The notes below the pieces were generated by a model that was not told where the DNA came from, did not search any database, and saw only the letters and a program-made list of their open reading frames with translations. Positions 45,918 through 56,105 of a stretch of DNA of 64,000 nt are shown piece by piece (position 1 is the first letter of the stretch; each line of letters starts with the position of its first letter). A program made the position numbers and the translations under genes. The stretch comes from a virus. The stretch lies in the IMG/VR virus record IMGVR_UViG_3300046369_001149, positions 4,800-68,799 of that record. The stretch is one strand, 5' to 3'.

Positions 45918-48900
45918 TGGCGGGAATATCACAAGACATATCAATTCAAGTAAATAATTCTTTAGACAGAAAAGCAACTGTTACGCTTCTTGGTGGTACA
46001 CAAGACCCCTCAAACGGACAAGCAAATGCGAAAACTCTTTATGAATGGGATTTAAGTGCTGAAACTTTTTCTAATACAACAGTAGTAGAAATAGAAGCAA
46101 GTACAGTTGCCAATCCCGAAGTTATACTTTTTAGAGCAGTAAATCAAGATGGGGAAATAACAAGTTTAGAAACAGTTGTAAGTCTTTTAAACACATTAAA
46201 TTTAGGCACATTTAACCTTGATGGCACAACTATTTTCATACTTGATGATATAAATGTTTTTGGGGGTTTATCTGTACGAATATCACAAGATTTTGACATT
46301 GATACTTTTGTAGAAAGCGGATATAATTATTTTGACCCCGAATCAAAAACTACACTTGTAGATTTTAGCACAAAATTTAAACCATTAATTCAAGAAGCAG
46401 TAAATACAATACCGACATTTGTAGAGTTTATAGAAACGCAAGGTTGGTCTTTAGCGTATGTGGTTGAAGCAGAGCAAGTAATATTTAATAGAACTGTAAG
46501 TGGTGATTTATTTGTTATTACTGATATTGGTGGAAACTTAAACACCAACACAATTACAGATACAGACAATTATGATTCGGGTATATCTGTAACACTAAAT
46601 AAAGCATTAATTTTTGTAAATGATATTCAGATTTTCAAAGGAATACAATTTTTAAGTTTAAAAGCTAACAATAGTGGTGAGAGTTACATATATAAAAATG
46701 TATTTACGGGTAATGTTACTTTTAGCCCCGAAAGAAATAATCTATTTGGTTGGATTCCATTAAGTTCTCAATACATTCCTAAAAATAGTGATGGTAATAA
46801 AGATACAACTATATTTCTTGCAGAAAATGGTATTACTGATATATATGGAAATTCATTTCCGTCAGTACAATTAGCAGATAGTCAAAGAATTTCGATTACG
46901 AGTACGTTACCAAGTTTTAATTTAGGAAGTGCGGGTGTGGATGCAAATATTAGTTTCAATGAATTTGATGGTCAATTTGTTTTTATTTTATCAAAGGTGC
47001 AAAGTATAAATAATAATTTTGACTTTAATTTTAACACATTAATACTTGACAACACACAACTTGGGGGTTCTGTTTTTAGCTTTACATTTAGTGAACTATC
47101 GCAACCAACAGTATCATTAGACAGTTCTTTTAATACAAAGTTTGCGAAATTATCAAAAATATCAGCTAATATGAGTCAATTTACGTTTTCAGTTTTTGAT
47201 ACGGGAGTTGATAGCAATCAAGCAATAATTAGTTTTGACGACACTACAACACCACTTGTAATAAATGCATATTTAATAAATTTTAGGAGAAATTATTTTC
47301 AAAATTTACCACCAATATCTCAACTTGGTGGCTATTTTTCTAATACGGAATATGAATTATTGCTATTGTTAATAAATCAAGGAGAACCAACAAATATTTC
47401 GATGAGATATTTTAATGATTGGTTTTATAAAATAGGCACACAAGATGCAGTATATGATGAAGCGATAACGAGTGGTACAAGATTAGTAAATGCAACTCAA
47501 AACACCTTTTTATTAAGTGGTAGAGGGCTACAAGGTTATTATTCACTTGCAGAAAACGGATATACAGTAACTTTACCTACGGGTACTTTATTAACGGGTG
47601 GTAGTTTATCTTTTACGACAAGACCAAACCCACCATCTCTTATAACTTTACAAACTGAAACTGCTGGATTAGGACAGTCAGATTTTGAAATAACCTACTC
47701 GGAAGAAGGTCAAACAGATATAGTACAAGCATCATCTTTTCTTGCTATTGACCAAGAACAAATACAAATAGCTAATTCAAGTAATGAATTAAATGTTTTA
47801 ATGACCCAAAGACCAAGTTTAAACACAACAAGTTTTAATATTGGTGCTTTAGGTATAAGCGACCAATTTTCTACTATGCTTTTTACGGGTACTCTTTTTA
47901 ATTTTCCTTCACAACAAGTTAATGTTAGTATAAATGGTTTTACATTAGATATGCCTATATATGATGCGAGTGCAAATGAGGTTGATGCAAGGGGTCTATA
48001 TCAAAGAGATTTTTCAAGTGCTTGGGGTGGTTCGAGTTCAACATTAGAAATAAATGAGTTTAAAATAAATGGAACAAAAATTGGAAATCCTACTTTGCAA
48101 CCTCACGGAAGCAATAAAATTATAAATAGTACAGTAGTATTAAATTCTTTTAGTAAAATAAATTTTAACTCTTGCTTTTTTGGTACTGATTTAGTTGATG
48201 ATACTTTAAATGATATATTAAATCTATTATTACCATCATCTGCTATTGCTTTTGGTGGCATAACTTTTGACAGTTGTAATTTTAATGGATTGGATAATTC
48301 ACTTTCATATTTAGAGGTTACATTCCCTTTAGCATCTCCCGATTTAGGCACACAAGGTTTAAATAGTAGTTCTACAATAGAAAATACCTCATTTTCTCAA
48401 ACACAATTTTACAGAATTTTATTTACTTCTGATTGGAGTGGTAGCGGTTATCCTTTGACTGACTTGAATGTAACAAACAATGTTGAGTTAAAACAAATAA
48501 ATTTACAAAACAATAATACTGCAACACCAAACGCTTTAAATTTAAACGTAAGCAATAACGACATTTTAGAGGTTTTGAATTTTACAAATCACAATATAAC
48601 TCAATTGGATTTTGGCAATAACCCCTTAATTAACAACATTGATTTAAGTGGTAATGATTTGCCCGATGCAGAAATAGATGATTTACTAAATGAAGTAAAC
48701 TCTTATGGTACTTCAAATGGTACAATAGATTATTCATCACAAACGGGTGGTGGAGTGCCTACTGCGGTTGGTAGTGGAACTGCATATAACAACTTGATTT
48801 CAAGGGGATGGACTTTAACGGGTGCAAGTCCTTTTGGAACTAACATAAGCACATATAATGTAAATCAAACACAATCATTTGCAAGACCAACTGTTTATGA

Positions 48901-49642
48901 TTGGGAATTTAATGAAGCGGGAGATTTGCTATTTATATTTGCGGGTGCTAATTATGAAAAGTACCCATTAACAACTCCGTTTGATATTTCCACAATAGGT
49001 GCAATATCCCAAAGTGTTGCGTGGAATAGTTCACCTTCATTTTTTGGATTTGGCTCACAAGTTTGGGATAATGGAAATTATCTTTTTATGAGTATAATAG
49101 GTTTATTAAGACGTTGGACTTTTGGAACTCCTAATGATTTGACTACTGTATCATCATTGGCAACTGCTCAACAATCTGCTAATCTTGGATTAGGTCCTAT
49201 TTTTACATTTAATCCATCGGGTACAAAGTATTATGATTTAACGGGGTTAAGCATTGGTGAATATACACTTTCAACTGCTTGGAATCCAACAACACTTGCG
49301 TTTAGTGCTTCAAAAACTTATGCTTCAATGGGTTTAACAATACCAATTACATCTGCTCAACGTAGGATTTCACTTCGATTTAATTCAAGCGGAACACTTG
49401 CAATTCTTACTTTTGGTACGAGTGCAAGTCCATTTGATGCTTTAGCGTATGAGATGAATTTAAGTATTGGGTTTGATATTTCAACAATGACTTATTCGGG
49501 TAACAGTTTAGATATTTCAGACAAACCAAATGAATGGGTAAATAAAGTTGGGGCGGACAGTAATCTAACTAAAATTATACCATTATATCTGCAAACGGGT
49601 GGTTATCCAACAAATAGTACAGAATTAAAAGAGTGGTCATAA
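45917..49642 (+). CDS. large spike/vertex protein with LRR-like and beta-propeller-like regions
   Basis: T/S/N-rich; L..LNVSNN..L..L repeats; FN..GTK.Y...EYTLSTAW and PFDIST propeller-type repeats. Confidence 0.7.
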   Translation: MAGISQDISIQVNNSLDRKATVTLLGGTQDPSNGQANAKTLYEWDLSAETFSNTTVVEIEASTVANPEVILFRAVNQDGEITSLETVVSLLNTLNLGTFNLDGTTIFILDDINVFGGLSVRISQDFDIDTFVESGYNYFDPESKTTLVDFSTKFKPLIQEAVNTIPTFVEFIETQGWSLAYVVEAEQVIFNRTVSGDLFVITDIGGNLNTNTITDTDNYDSGISVTLNKALIFVNDIQIFKGIQFLSLKANNSGESYIYKNVFTGNVTFSPERNNLFGWIPLSSQYIPKNSDGNKDTTIFLAENGITDIYGNSFPSVQLADSQRISITSTLPSFNLGSAGVDANISFNEFDGQFVFILSKVQSINNNFDFNFNTLILDNTQLGGSVFSFTFSELSQPTVSLDSSFNTKFAKLSKISANMSQFTFSVFDTGVDSNQAIISFDDTTTPLVINAYLINFRRNYFQNLPPISQLGGYFSNTEYELLLLLINQGEPTNISMRYFNDWFYKIGTQDAVYDEAITSGTRLVNATQNTFLLSGRGLQGYYSLAENGYTVTLPTGTLLTGGSLSFTTRPNPPSLITLQTETAGLGQSDFEITYSEEGQTDIVQASSFLAIDQEQIQIANSSNELNVLMTQRPSLNTTSFNIGALGISDQFSTMLFTGTLFNFPSQQVNVSINGFTLDMPIYDASANEVDARGLYQRDFSSAWGGSSSTLEINEFKINGTKIGNPTLQPHGSNKIINSTVVLNSFSKINFNSCFFGTDLVDDTLNDILNLLLPSSAIAFGGITFDSCNFNGLDNSLSYLEVTFPLASPDLGTQGLNSSSTIENTSFSQTQFYRILFTSDWSGSGYPLTDLNVTNNVELKQINLQNNNTATPNALNLNVSNNDILEVLNFTNHNITQLDFGNNPLINNIDLSGNDLPDAEIDDLLNEVNSYGTSNGTIDYSSQTGGGVPTAVGSGTAYNNLISRGWTLTGASPFGTNISTYNVNQTQSFARPTVYDWEFNEAGDLLFIFAGANYEKYPLTTPFDISTIGAISQSVAWNSSPSFFGFGSQVWDNGNYLFMSIIGLLRRWTFGTPNDLTTVSSLATAQQSANLGLGPIFTFNPSGTKYYDLTGLSIGEYTLSTAWNPTTLAFSASKTYASMGLTIPITSAQRRISLRFNSSGTLAILTFGTSASPFDALAYEMNLSIGFDISTMTYSGNSLDISDKPNEWVNKVGADSNLTKIIPLYLQTGGYPTNSTELKEWS

Positions 49643-49668
49643 AAAAAAGGACACCGAAGCATCCTTTT
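49641..49668. terminator. bidirectional terminator at strand convergence
   Basis: aaaagga-caccgaagca-tcctttt between convergent genes. Confidence 0.6.
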
Positions 49669-49720
49669 AATTCCTTTAAAAACGTATAACAAGAAAAGTC
49701 CATTACACTTACAGAAGTCA

Positions 49721-50584
49721 TCAACTTTCAAAGTCCAAAGTTAATGAATCTTTTTTATTTTCTAAAATATTATTTTCATTATTAATTGGCTCTAATTCAA
49801 TATCAATATTAGAATAAATAGATTTATTTCGTTTTGGTGCTATTCTTTTACCATCTACAAACATAACATTGTTATCTTCATCAAGTTTTAAATAACCACC
49901 ACCTTCTACTTTATCATCTACACTTATTCCTCTTTTGCCATAATAATCTTTAGGAAGCATTTTAGATAACTGCTTAATAACAGTTTTTCTAAACATCCAA
50001 CCTTGCGGGTCTTTTGAAGCATTTTTATATAATGGATTAGATGCCTTTGACATATTTACCACATCCATAATTTCTTTTTTACTCATAACCTTAAACATTG
50101 TTTCACCATTTGTAAGTTTAGCTACTGCATAAACATATTTAATGTTATTATTGTTTCTTTCAAGGTTTGGTAAGTGAGATAGTTTTGGTTCAAGACCAAG
50201 TTCAAATTCAAAATCATCTTCTTCATAAACTATTTCAGTCCAAAGTTTTGCTATTTCACCACTTCTTAAAAGTAAACTGATAAGACCTTTATAACCTAAA
50301 ATTGGTGTAATCTTTTTTCCGAAAGGTATAAAGTAAAACTCTCCTATATCATTTGAGGGGTTTAATCCGAGTTCAGCACAAAGTAATATAGAAGCAAACA
50401 GAGATGCGGGGTTATGCAAAAACGCTTCTTGCATCTGTTGGCTTTTTTTAACCTCATTTATAACTATATTTTTAAACTGTGATGGGCTTATGTTATGTGT
50501 TTGCAATAATTCTGAAAGATTATGCTTTTCATACTGCGTTATTGTGTCCGAGAAATTCTTAATTAATACTTTGTTTTGCTTCAT
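49721..50584 (-). CDS. recT: RecT-family single-strand annealing recombinase
   Basis: SLFASILLCAELGLNP..GEFYFIPF...LGYKGLI.L..RSG...VYEEDDF...M.RKTVIKQL.K.LP. Confidence 0.9.
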   Translation of the reverse strand: MKQNKVLIKNFSDTITQYEKHNLSELLQTHNISPSQFKNIVINEVKKSQQMQEAFLHNPASLFASILLCAELGLNPSNDIGEFYFIPFGKKITPILGYKGLISLLLRSGEIAKLWTEIVYEEDDFEFELGLEPKLSHLPNLERNNNNIKYVYAVAKLTNGETMFKVMSKKEIMDVVNMSKASNPLYKNASKDPQGWMFRKTVIKQLSKMLPKDYYGKRGISVDDKVEGGGYLKLDEDNNVMFVDGKRIAPKRNKSIYSNIDIELEPINNENNILENKKDSLTLDFES

Positions 50585-50852
50585 TGTGAAATTTTTTAAT
50601 TTTTAATCTATTTTCTTTACTGTAATTATATTTTCTTAACCATTCTTCTATTTTTCTTTTTTTTCTATCAACGTAAAAGTTTACTCTTACTATTTCATCA
50701 GTAATCATTTTTTTTTGCATAGGAGTTAGTTTATTATACATCATATAATCATACAGACCGCATACATATTTAGATATATAAATCATTTCTTCTTCATATT
50801 CATATATTTTCTTACTCGAAAAAAGTTGATTATCCATAATAAACATCCTCAA
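50559..50852 (-). CDS. hypothetical protein
   Basis: In operon between exonuclease and RecT. Confidence 0.5.
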   Translation of the reverse strand: MRMFIMDNQLFSSKKIYEYEEEMIYISKYVCGLYDYMMYNKLTPMQKKMITDEIVRVNFYVDRKKRKIEEWLRKYNYSKENRLKIKKFHNEAKQSIN

Positions 50853-51624
50853 TCAAAGGAATATCTGATTTAAACTCACATTTGTCATTTAGAGGACATT
50901 TAGAGCATCTTTTTAAACTTGGATAAGCTACGAAGTCCTTTTCAATATCCATAGCGTTAATTTGCTTGTAAACGCTTTCTATATGCGACTGATGTACATT
51001 AAAAGCATCTTCATCAATATTAACTCTAATTAGCTTAACATTGTTTACTTCTTTTGATGAAAACACCATAAAATAAAAATCGAAATCTTTGTATTCAAGA
51101 TTATAATTTTCTTTTATAAGCATTTTATACTGTACTGCTTGAACAATAAGTCGTTCTTTATAGTGTAAACTTTCAACATCCCAACCCGTTTCAGACCATT
51201 TATCATCAATAAGACCGCTATATTTTAAATCTACAATACAAGGTCTGCCATTCATTTCTCCCCATATATCTAAAATACCATTTTTATATTTGCTTGATAA
51301 TTTAAGCCCAATATCATTTATTTTTAAATCATATTGCTTTTGTATTTTTTTAAATAATTCTGCTGATTCTAAAGCCCTTTTAAAAGGAGTTGATATTGTT
51401 TCCCTTTTAGTACCCGCATAACTTAATCTTGGTTCGGGTACAATTCCGTTTCTTGGTAATGAACCCGTAGCCATATATTCAAAATAGTTTCCCAAATCCA
51501 TAGCTTCACTACTTGGAAATTGTACGTTGTCAAAATGTTTAGCTTTTAGTTGAATACCACAAAGGTTTTTACCTTTATACTCATTGTAATCTTTTAAGAA
51601 TGATTGACTTATTTTCTTATCCAT
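50830..51624 (-). CDS. PD-(D/E)XK Cas4/RecE-like exonuclease
   Basis: ISQS, GILD...IVDLK, Q...Y, C-terminal CxxC..C; upstream of recT. Confidence 0.8.
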   Translation of the reverse strand: MDKKISQSFLKDYNEYKGKNLCGIQLKAKHFDNVQFPSSEAMDLGNYFEYMATGSLPRNGIVPEPRLSYAGTKRETISTPFKRALESAELFKKIQKQYDLKINDIGLKLSSKYKNGILDIWGEMNGRPCIVDLKYSGLIDDKWSETGWDVESLHYKERLIVQAVQYKMLIKENYNLEYKDFDFYFMVFSSKEVNNVKLIRVNIDEDAFNVHQSHIESVYKQINAMDIEKDFVAYPSLKRCSKCPLNDKCEFKSDIPLIEDVYYG

Positions 51625-51925
51625 TTTTTTGTTGCTTTTTGTTGTTAATTACAATTTCAAGATATTTATTTTTTTCCATCCAACCATCATTTGAATAATC
51701 TTTGCCAACCCAAATGTGCTTTTTACCGCCTTTAATTTTAGAAGATTCCCCTACTACAAGGGTTTCTATTCTCACGTCTGTAATATTTTGAATAGATAAA
51801 TTTCCACCAACTTTATTATTTAGAGATACAAGCATTTGGTCAGCCATTTCTCTACTTTCTGCTTCCATAACTAATGGTTTTTCGATGTTATTTATATAAT
51901 ATTTATATAATTTAACCTTATTCAT
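51617..51925 (-). CDS. hypothetical protein
   Basis: ORF in operon. Confidence 0.5.
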   Translation of the reverse strand: MNKVKLYKYYINNIEKPLVMEAESREMADQMLVSLNNKVGGNLSIQNITDVRIETLVVGESSKIKGGKKHIWVGKDYSNDGWMEKNKYLEIVINNKKQQKNG

Positions 51926-52137
51926 TATGTTTTAATTTTCAGCAAAATATTTATTTGTTGTTCAAGTTCTTTGCGTAAATACATAACCAAAAGATGATTT
52001 TGTATGCGATAATTCTCTGCATATTTCAACTCAAAAAAACTTATCATTTTAGCAATAATATCAAAATGATAAATATTGTTTTTAGGGTTTTTTACAGTTG
52101 CTAATAATTTGTCGAAATCTCTTAAAATTGTTTCCAT
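51925..52137 (-). CDS. hypothetical protein
   Basis: ORF in operon. Confidence 0.5.
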   Translation of the reverse strand: METILRDFDKLLATVKNPKNNIYHFDIIAKMISFFELKYAENYRIQNHLLVMYLRKELEQQINILLKIKT

Positions 52138-52200
52138 ATCTTCTTAAATTTGAGCATACGCTTTGTTTGTGTCTTGCGTAATTTAGTTTCTTGTAAACGA

Positions 52201-52230
52201 AAGGGGGGTAGGTGAAAGCACTCCCCTTTT
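52201..52230 (-). terminator. hairpin/terminator
   Basis: aagggg...cccctt stem right after the 52229 stop. Confidence 0.5.
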
Positions 52231-52531
52231 ATTTTACTACTTTATAAGCAAATGGTTTTCCAATTCCTTTTTCGTAGCAATATTTATTTAAAGCACTAAA
52301 TGTTTCTAATGCTTTTATTCTTCCTTTAATTAACGCTTTACCATTAAAGAACCAAAAGTAATTACCATTTCTATCTATTAATCCAAATTTATATAAATTC
52401 CCGCTTTGAGGTCTGTTGTGTACACAATTCCTTAAAAGCGTAAAATCTATACCCCTTTCTTTAAAAGATGTAAAAGAGTATTCATTATTGTTTTCTCTAT
52501 CTGTAAACGGAAGTAAAATTAAATTTTCCAT
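52229..52531 (-). CDS. hypothetical protein
   Basis: Own TATGTTTG box at 52558-52565 (minus). Confidence 0.55.
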   Translation of the reverse strand: MENLILLPFTDRENNNEYSFTSFKERGIDFTLLRNCVHNRPQSGNLYKFGLIDRNGNYFWFFNGKALIKGRIKALETFSALNKYCYEKGIGKPFAYKVVK

Positions 52532-52604
52532 ATTTCGTTATTATCTGATTACGAGGACAAACATACAAAATAATTTTTATTTTAAAAAATAATAAACATA
52601 CAAA

Positions 52605-52626
52605 AGGGGAAAAACAAATTTCCCCT
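52605..52626 (-). terminator. terminator after PolB-like gene
   Basis: aggggaaa-aacaaa-tttcccct with a T-tract on the minus strand. Confidence 0.55.
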
Positions 52627-52650
52627 ATCAATTAAGTATTGAGTGGCGAT

Positions 52651-53352
52651 TCAATAACCTAACTGTTTGTATGTTAAATCTTTACTGTCAAAATACTCTT
52701 GAATTATTTTAACATTTTCATCATTATCTCTATAATATATGCAATCAGTTTTCCAAGAGTAGAAATCATCTTTAATCAATTCAGATGCTTCTTTCATATA
52801 ATTAAAACAAGATAACCTTATATATTTAAAAACATTTTTGAGTTCAATGTTTTCTTTTTGAGTAATAATAGATTCAGTTATTTTTCCATTTTTATATTCG
52901 TCAAATCTTTTTTCTCGACCTAACACAGATAAAGTTGCTAAACGAAGTGCTTTACAATCACTATCAAGACCCGCTATATAAGTTTTTTCACTTATAAAGC
53001 CCTTTATGTAAGCTATTCTCCAATATGCGTGATTTATGTCTGTACCCGCAAGAACACCATCATCAATATCATAATCATAGTTATATTCAATGGAGTTTAC
53101 ATTTTCAGGGATAATTAATTCATTTGTTTTAAGCCATTTAACAACTTGCAATTTGACTGTATTAAATAAATAAACTTTTTTCTTTGGAAAATTTGTTTGA
53201 GGTGCAAAAACAATATGCATATCATCAAGTATGACTTCTGTACATTCAGAAGATTTACGAAGATTAAAATTAGCTTTGTTCCTTACTAATTTATCTACAT
53301 AATTTAAAGGGTTTGATTTTTTTAAGAATTGTTTTCTAATTTTTTGGCTCAT
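52651..53352 (-). CDS. minimal family-B DNA polymerase-like protein (palm only)
   Basis: Motif A-like TDINHAYW and motif C-like WKTDCIYY; 233 aa; no exonuclease domain. Confidence 0.55.
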   Translation of the reverse strand: MSQKIRKQFLKKSNPLNYVDKLVRNKANFNLRKSSECTEVILDDMHIVFAPQTNFPKKKVYLFNTVKLQVVKWLKTNELIIPENVNSIEYNYDYDIDDGVLAGTDINHAYWRIAYIKGFISEKTYIAGLDSDCKALRLATLSVLGREKRFDEYKNGKITESIITQKENIELKNVFKYIRLSCFNYMKEASELIKDDFYSWKTDCIYYRDNDENVKIIQEYFDSKDLTYKQLGY

Positions 53353-54332
53353 ACCATACCACCTTTAAGTAAAATTTTCTTTTTTAAATCTTGAACTTCT
53401 TTTTTAAACTCTTTAGCAGTCCATATACCATCTTTAAATTCTTGTTTTAAAATTGCTCTTTGTTTTTCAAATCTTATTGCGTTTTTTTCTTTTTGTTTTA
53501 AAAGAGCAATTTCTTCTTTTGTACTTTTAGCTTTTTTAATCTTATCTTGAATTGATTTATCCTCTTTTGTTGAAGTAACCTTTGAGGGAGTTTTCAGTTT
53601 TCTGATTTTAGTTCGAGTAATTTTCTTTTTTTTATCAGATTCAGTTAATCTTTTTTCTCTTTGTTCTAATTGTTTTTTTGTTAGTGAACCCGTTTGAACT
53701 ACAATGTCAATTAAATTATCACCCGCTTTTTCAATCTCTTGTGATTCATCTTTACCAAAAACAACTTTTAAATATGAAGAACAATTTGCTGAATCACCTT
53801 CTTTCCCTTTTTTATATAATCTTAAAAATATTACTTCTGCTTCAACATTAGCACTATCATCTTTTACAAGACCTCTTAAATCTTTATTAAAATCCCCACT
53901 TTTAGTTCCTAAATCTTTTACCTTTACTATACCCGTATTTACAAACCCATTGCCACCATCAATATCAATTTGAATTTGAACATTACCATCTAATCTATTT
54001 AATTGTGCTTCTAAATCAAAAAGTTTTGTAGGAGTTAAATCAGCATCAGGAATTTTAAACACGCTAAAGCATTTGCTTGGCTTTACACCCTTTTTAATGC
54101 TTTCTAATGCTTGTTCTACATTTTTCTTTGTAAACTCTTTTAATGGCTTTGATTTAAACTCTTGGAACAGATTTGCAGAAGTCCATTTTTGAATTTTGTT
54201 CCAACTATTTTTAGACGTACTCTTACTCTCTTGGAGTATTTGTTCTTTTAAAATAGGGTTTTGGTCTGCTATCTTTTTAACTAAAGATGCAAGTTTTCCA
54301 AATTTCTTAAAGTTATTTGATTTTTTCGCCAC
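53349..54332 (-). CDS. basic hypothetical protein ending LLKGGMV
   Basis: Lys-rich; GTG start; TATCTTTG box at 54353-54360 (minus). Confidence 0.6.
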   Translation of the reverse strand: MAKKSNNFKKFGKLASLVKKIADQNPILKEQILQESKSTSKNSWNKIQKWTSANLFQEFKSKPLKEFTKKNVEQALESIKKGVKPSKCFSVFKIPDADLTPTKLFDLEAQLNRLDGNVQIQIDIDGGNGFVNTGIVKVKDLGTKSGDFNKDLRGLVKDDSANVEAEVIFLRLYKKGKEGDSANCSSYLKVVFGKDESQEIEKAGDNLIDIVVQTGSLTKKQLEQREKRLTESDKKKKITRTKIRKLKTPSKVTSTKEDKSIQDKIKKAKSTKEEIALLKQKEKNAIRFEKQRAILKQEFKDGIWTAKEFKKEVQDLKKKILLKGGMV

Positions 54333-54486
54333 AATAAAATATAATTATGCTTCAAAGATAATAAATTATTAGTAAATTTGAGAAAATATTGTAATCTATT
54401 ATAGCTTATAAGGTTAGATTTATTTGGTTACAACTTCTTATCTGTAAAACCCTCCTTTTTTTATCCATATTTTAAGGGGGGTTTCC

Positions 54487-55158
54487 TTATATATTAGTTT
54501 TTATAACTGTAAACCAATCGTATTTTTTATCGTTTACAATACCCCTATTATCAGTTGATATTATTTTCTTTGTTACTGAATTGTTTACGTTCCCACCAAT
54601 AACTTCAATTTTGTTTTTACCTTTAGATACTACAATATCACAATGGGATTTATATGGGTATGAAGAATTGTAACTGACACCTCTTTGCCTACTGTAACAT
54701 ATTAAGTCGCCAACTTTAGGTGCATATTCATTAAGTTTATAAGCTACAAATGGCTTTTGAACTAAACCTTTTTTTCTATTAGATATACTGTCTGTAATAT
54801 ATTTAGAATGTGATGGGTTATATACAAACTTTTTACCCGCACCGCCTTTTTTCATTATATAAGAAATAAAAGCACTCGACCAAGCTACATCTGTATCAGT
54901 ACCATCAAACTTTTGACCCGTTCCAACTCGCCAATACTCGCCTACTCTTTGTGCAAAACCTCTATTGGCTTCAAAACCGCCTTTACGAGTTTGTTTGCCA
55001 TCAATTTCTATTGTTGGGCTACCCCAACCTTCCCATTCTTTTTTTGCAACGCTTACAACTCTGTATTTGACTAATATTTTACGCAATAGCAAAGCTAATG
55101 CAGTAATACCTATTACCGCACCAACACCAAAATATATTATGTTGTTATTTTTTGACAA
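54487..55158 (-). CDS. N-anchored CHAP-like peptidoglycan hydrolase (DUF2272-like)
   Basis: YW...AWSSAFISY.M, H..YI, PKVGDLIC..R, SHCDIVV, IGGNV..SV. Confidence 0.8.
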   Translation of the reverse strand: MSKNNNIIYFGVGAVIGITALALLLRKILVKYRVVSVAKKEWEGWGSPTIEIDGKQTRKGGFEANRGFAQRVGEYWRVGTGQKFDGTDTDVAWSSAFISYIMKKGGAGKKFVYNPSHSKYITDSISNRKKGLVQKPFVAYKLNEYAPKVGDLICYSRQRGVSYNSSYPYKSHCDIVVSKGKNKIEVIGGNVNNSVTKKIISTDNRGIVNDKKYDWFTVIKTNI

Positions 55159-55575
55159 TTAATAACGACCTCTAATATTAGAATTAAAGAAATCTGCTGA
55201 TACTTGACCTTTTACCGCAGTTGGGTACATAGATTTGAAGGTGGTGAATGGTTGTTGATTTACGATTACCGCTTCTTCTGTTCTTCTGCCGAAATCTCCA
55301 TCCACACCATCTCTATTTGCACCAAATGTACCAATGTCGTAACCCTCTGCAACTAAAAATCTTTGCAGTTGTTTTACTAATTCTCCTTTACTACCTCTTT
55401 TTAATGGAAGTCCACTATTATTTGTTGTAGTAGTTGTTGAGGTTGTCGAAGTTGTATCATCTTCTTCAACATCTCCAAAATAGATAACGGGTTTTGTTAC
55501 CTTTTTATATATAAAGTAACCAAGTACCGATACTGCTACTCCACCTATTGTCCAATATATTGCTTTCTTATTCAT
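55159..55575 (-). CDS. N-anchored peptidoglycan-binding protein
   Basis: LKRGSKGELVKQLQRFL...GVDGDFGRRTEEAV. Confidence 0.85.
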   Translation of the reverse strand: MNKKAIYWTIGGVAVSVLGYFIYKKVTKPVIYFGDVEEDDTTSTTSTTTTTNNSGLPLKRGSKGELVKQLQRFLVAEGYDIGTFGANRDGVDGDFGRRTEEAVIVNQQPFTTFKSMYPTAVKGQVSADFFNSNIRGRY

Positions 55576-55598
55576 ATCTATTTATTTATTTTAATTTT

Positions 55599-55751
55599 TT
55601 ACGCATTTCTTAATTGACCTCTTTTAATGTCTTGTGATGCTACTAATTTCATAAATGTAGCGTTTGCATCGCTTTTACCTTTTTTCATTCCGAAGTAGTA
55701 ACCTAATCCTAAAGAAATTAAACTTGCAATAATTAATTTTTTGTTTTTCAT
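55599..55751 (-). CDS. 50-aa membrane protein
   Basis: MKNKKLIIASLISLGLGYYFG... Confidence 0.55.
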   Translation of the reverse strand: MKNKKLIIASLISLGLGYYFGMKKGKSDANATFMKLVASQDIKRGQLRNA

Positions 55752-55882
55752 TTTCCTTGTCCTTTATATTTTTTTCTATAATTTTTAGAGGTTTTAACAG
55801 AAGAACTTTTGCTTTTTGCGTGTACCCCTTTTCTCTTTGTTTTGTGTTTTTTATTATAGTCGCTTGAAATTAACTTTGCCAT
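55748..55882 (-). CDS. 44-aa basic protein
   Basis: KRKGVHAKSKSS..K.SKNYRKKYKGQGK. Confidence 0.6.
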   Translation of the reverse strand: MAKLISSDYNKKHKTKRKGVHAKSKSSSVKTSKNYRKKYKGQGK

Positions 55883-55888
55883 TTTAAC

Positions 55889-56101
55889 TTAATTTAATCC
55901 TTTTTTTGCAAAATAATACATTCCCCCAATCAATAAAATTAAAACAATGTATAAACTTTTATCAGATTTTGGTGGTACATAACCATATTCTAAAGTTTCT
56001 GTATCAGTTCCACCCACACCATTCCAAGTATCTGTATTTAAAGGTGCATCTTTAGATTTAATATTTCCACTCCAATTATCTGTATTTACGGGTGCTTTCA
56101 T
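55889..56101 (-). CDS. C-anchored membrane protein
   Basis: Duplicated AP.NTD.W.G; C-terminal TM. Confidence 0.6.
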   Translation of the reverse strand: MKAPVNTDNWSGNIKSKDAPLNTDTWNGVGGTDTETLEYGYVPPKSDKSLYIVLILLIGGMYYFAKKGLN

Positions 56102-56105
56102 CGTT

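Noticed and set aside
50830-51624. CRISPR Cas4
   Set aside because: Solo nuclease upstream of recT; better explained as the recombination exonuclease
52138-52228. tRNA or other ncRNA in intergenic gaps
   Set aside because: Only terminator-like hairpins; no cloverleaf or T-loop consensus found
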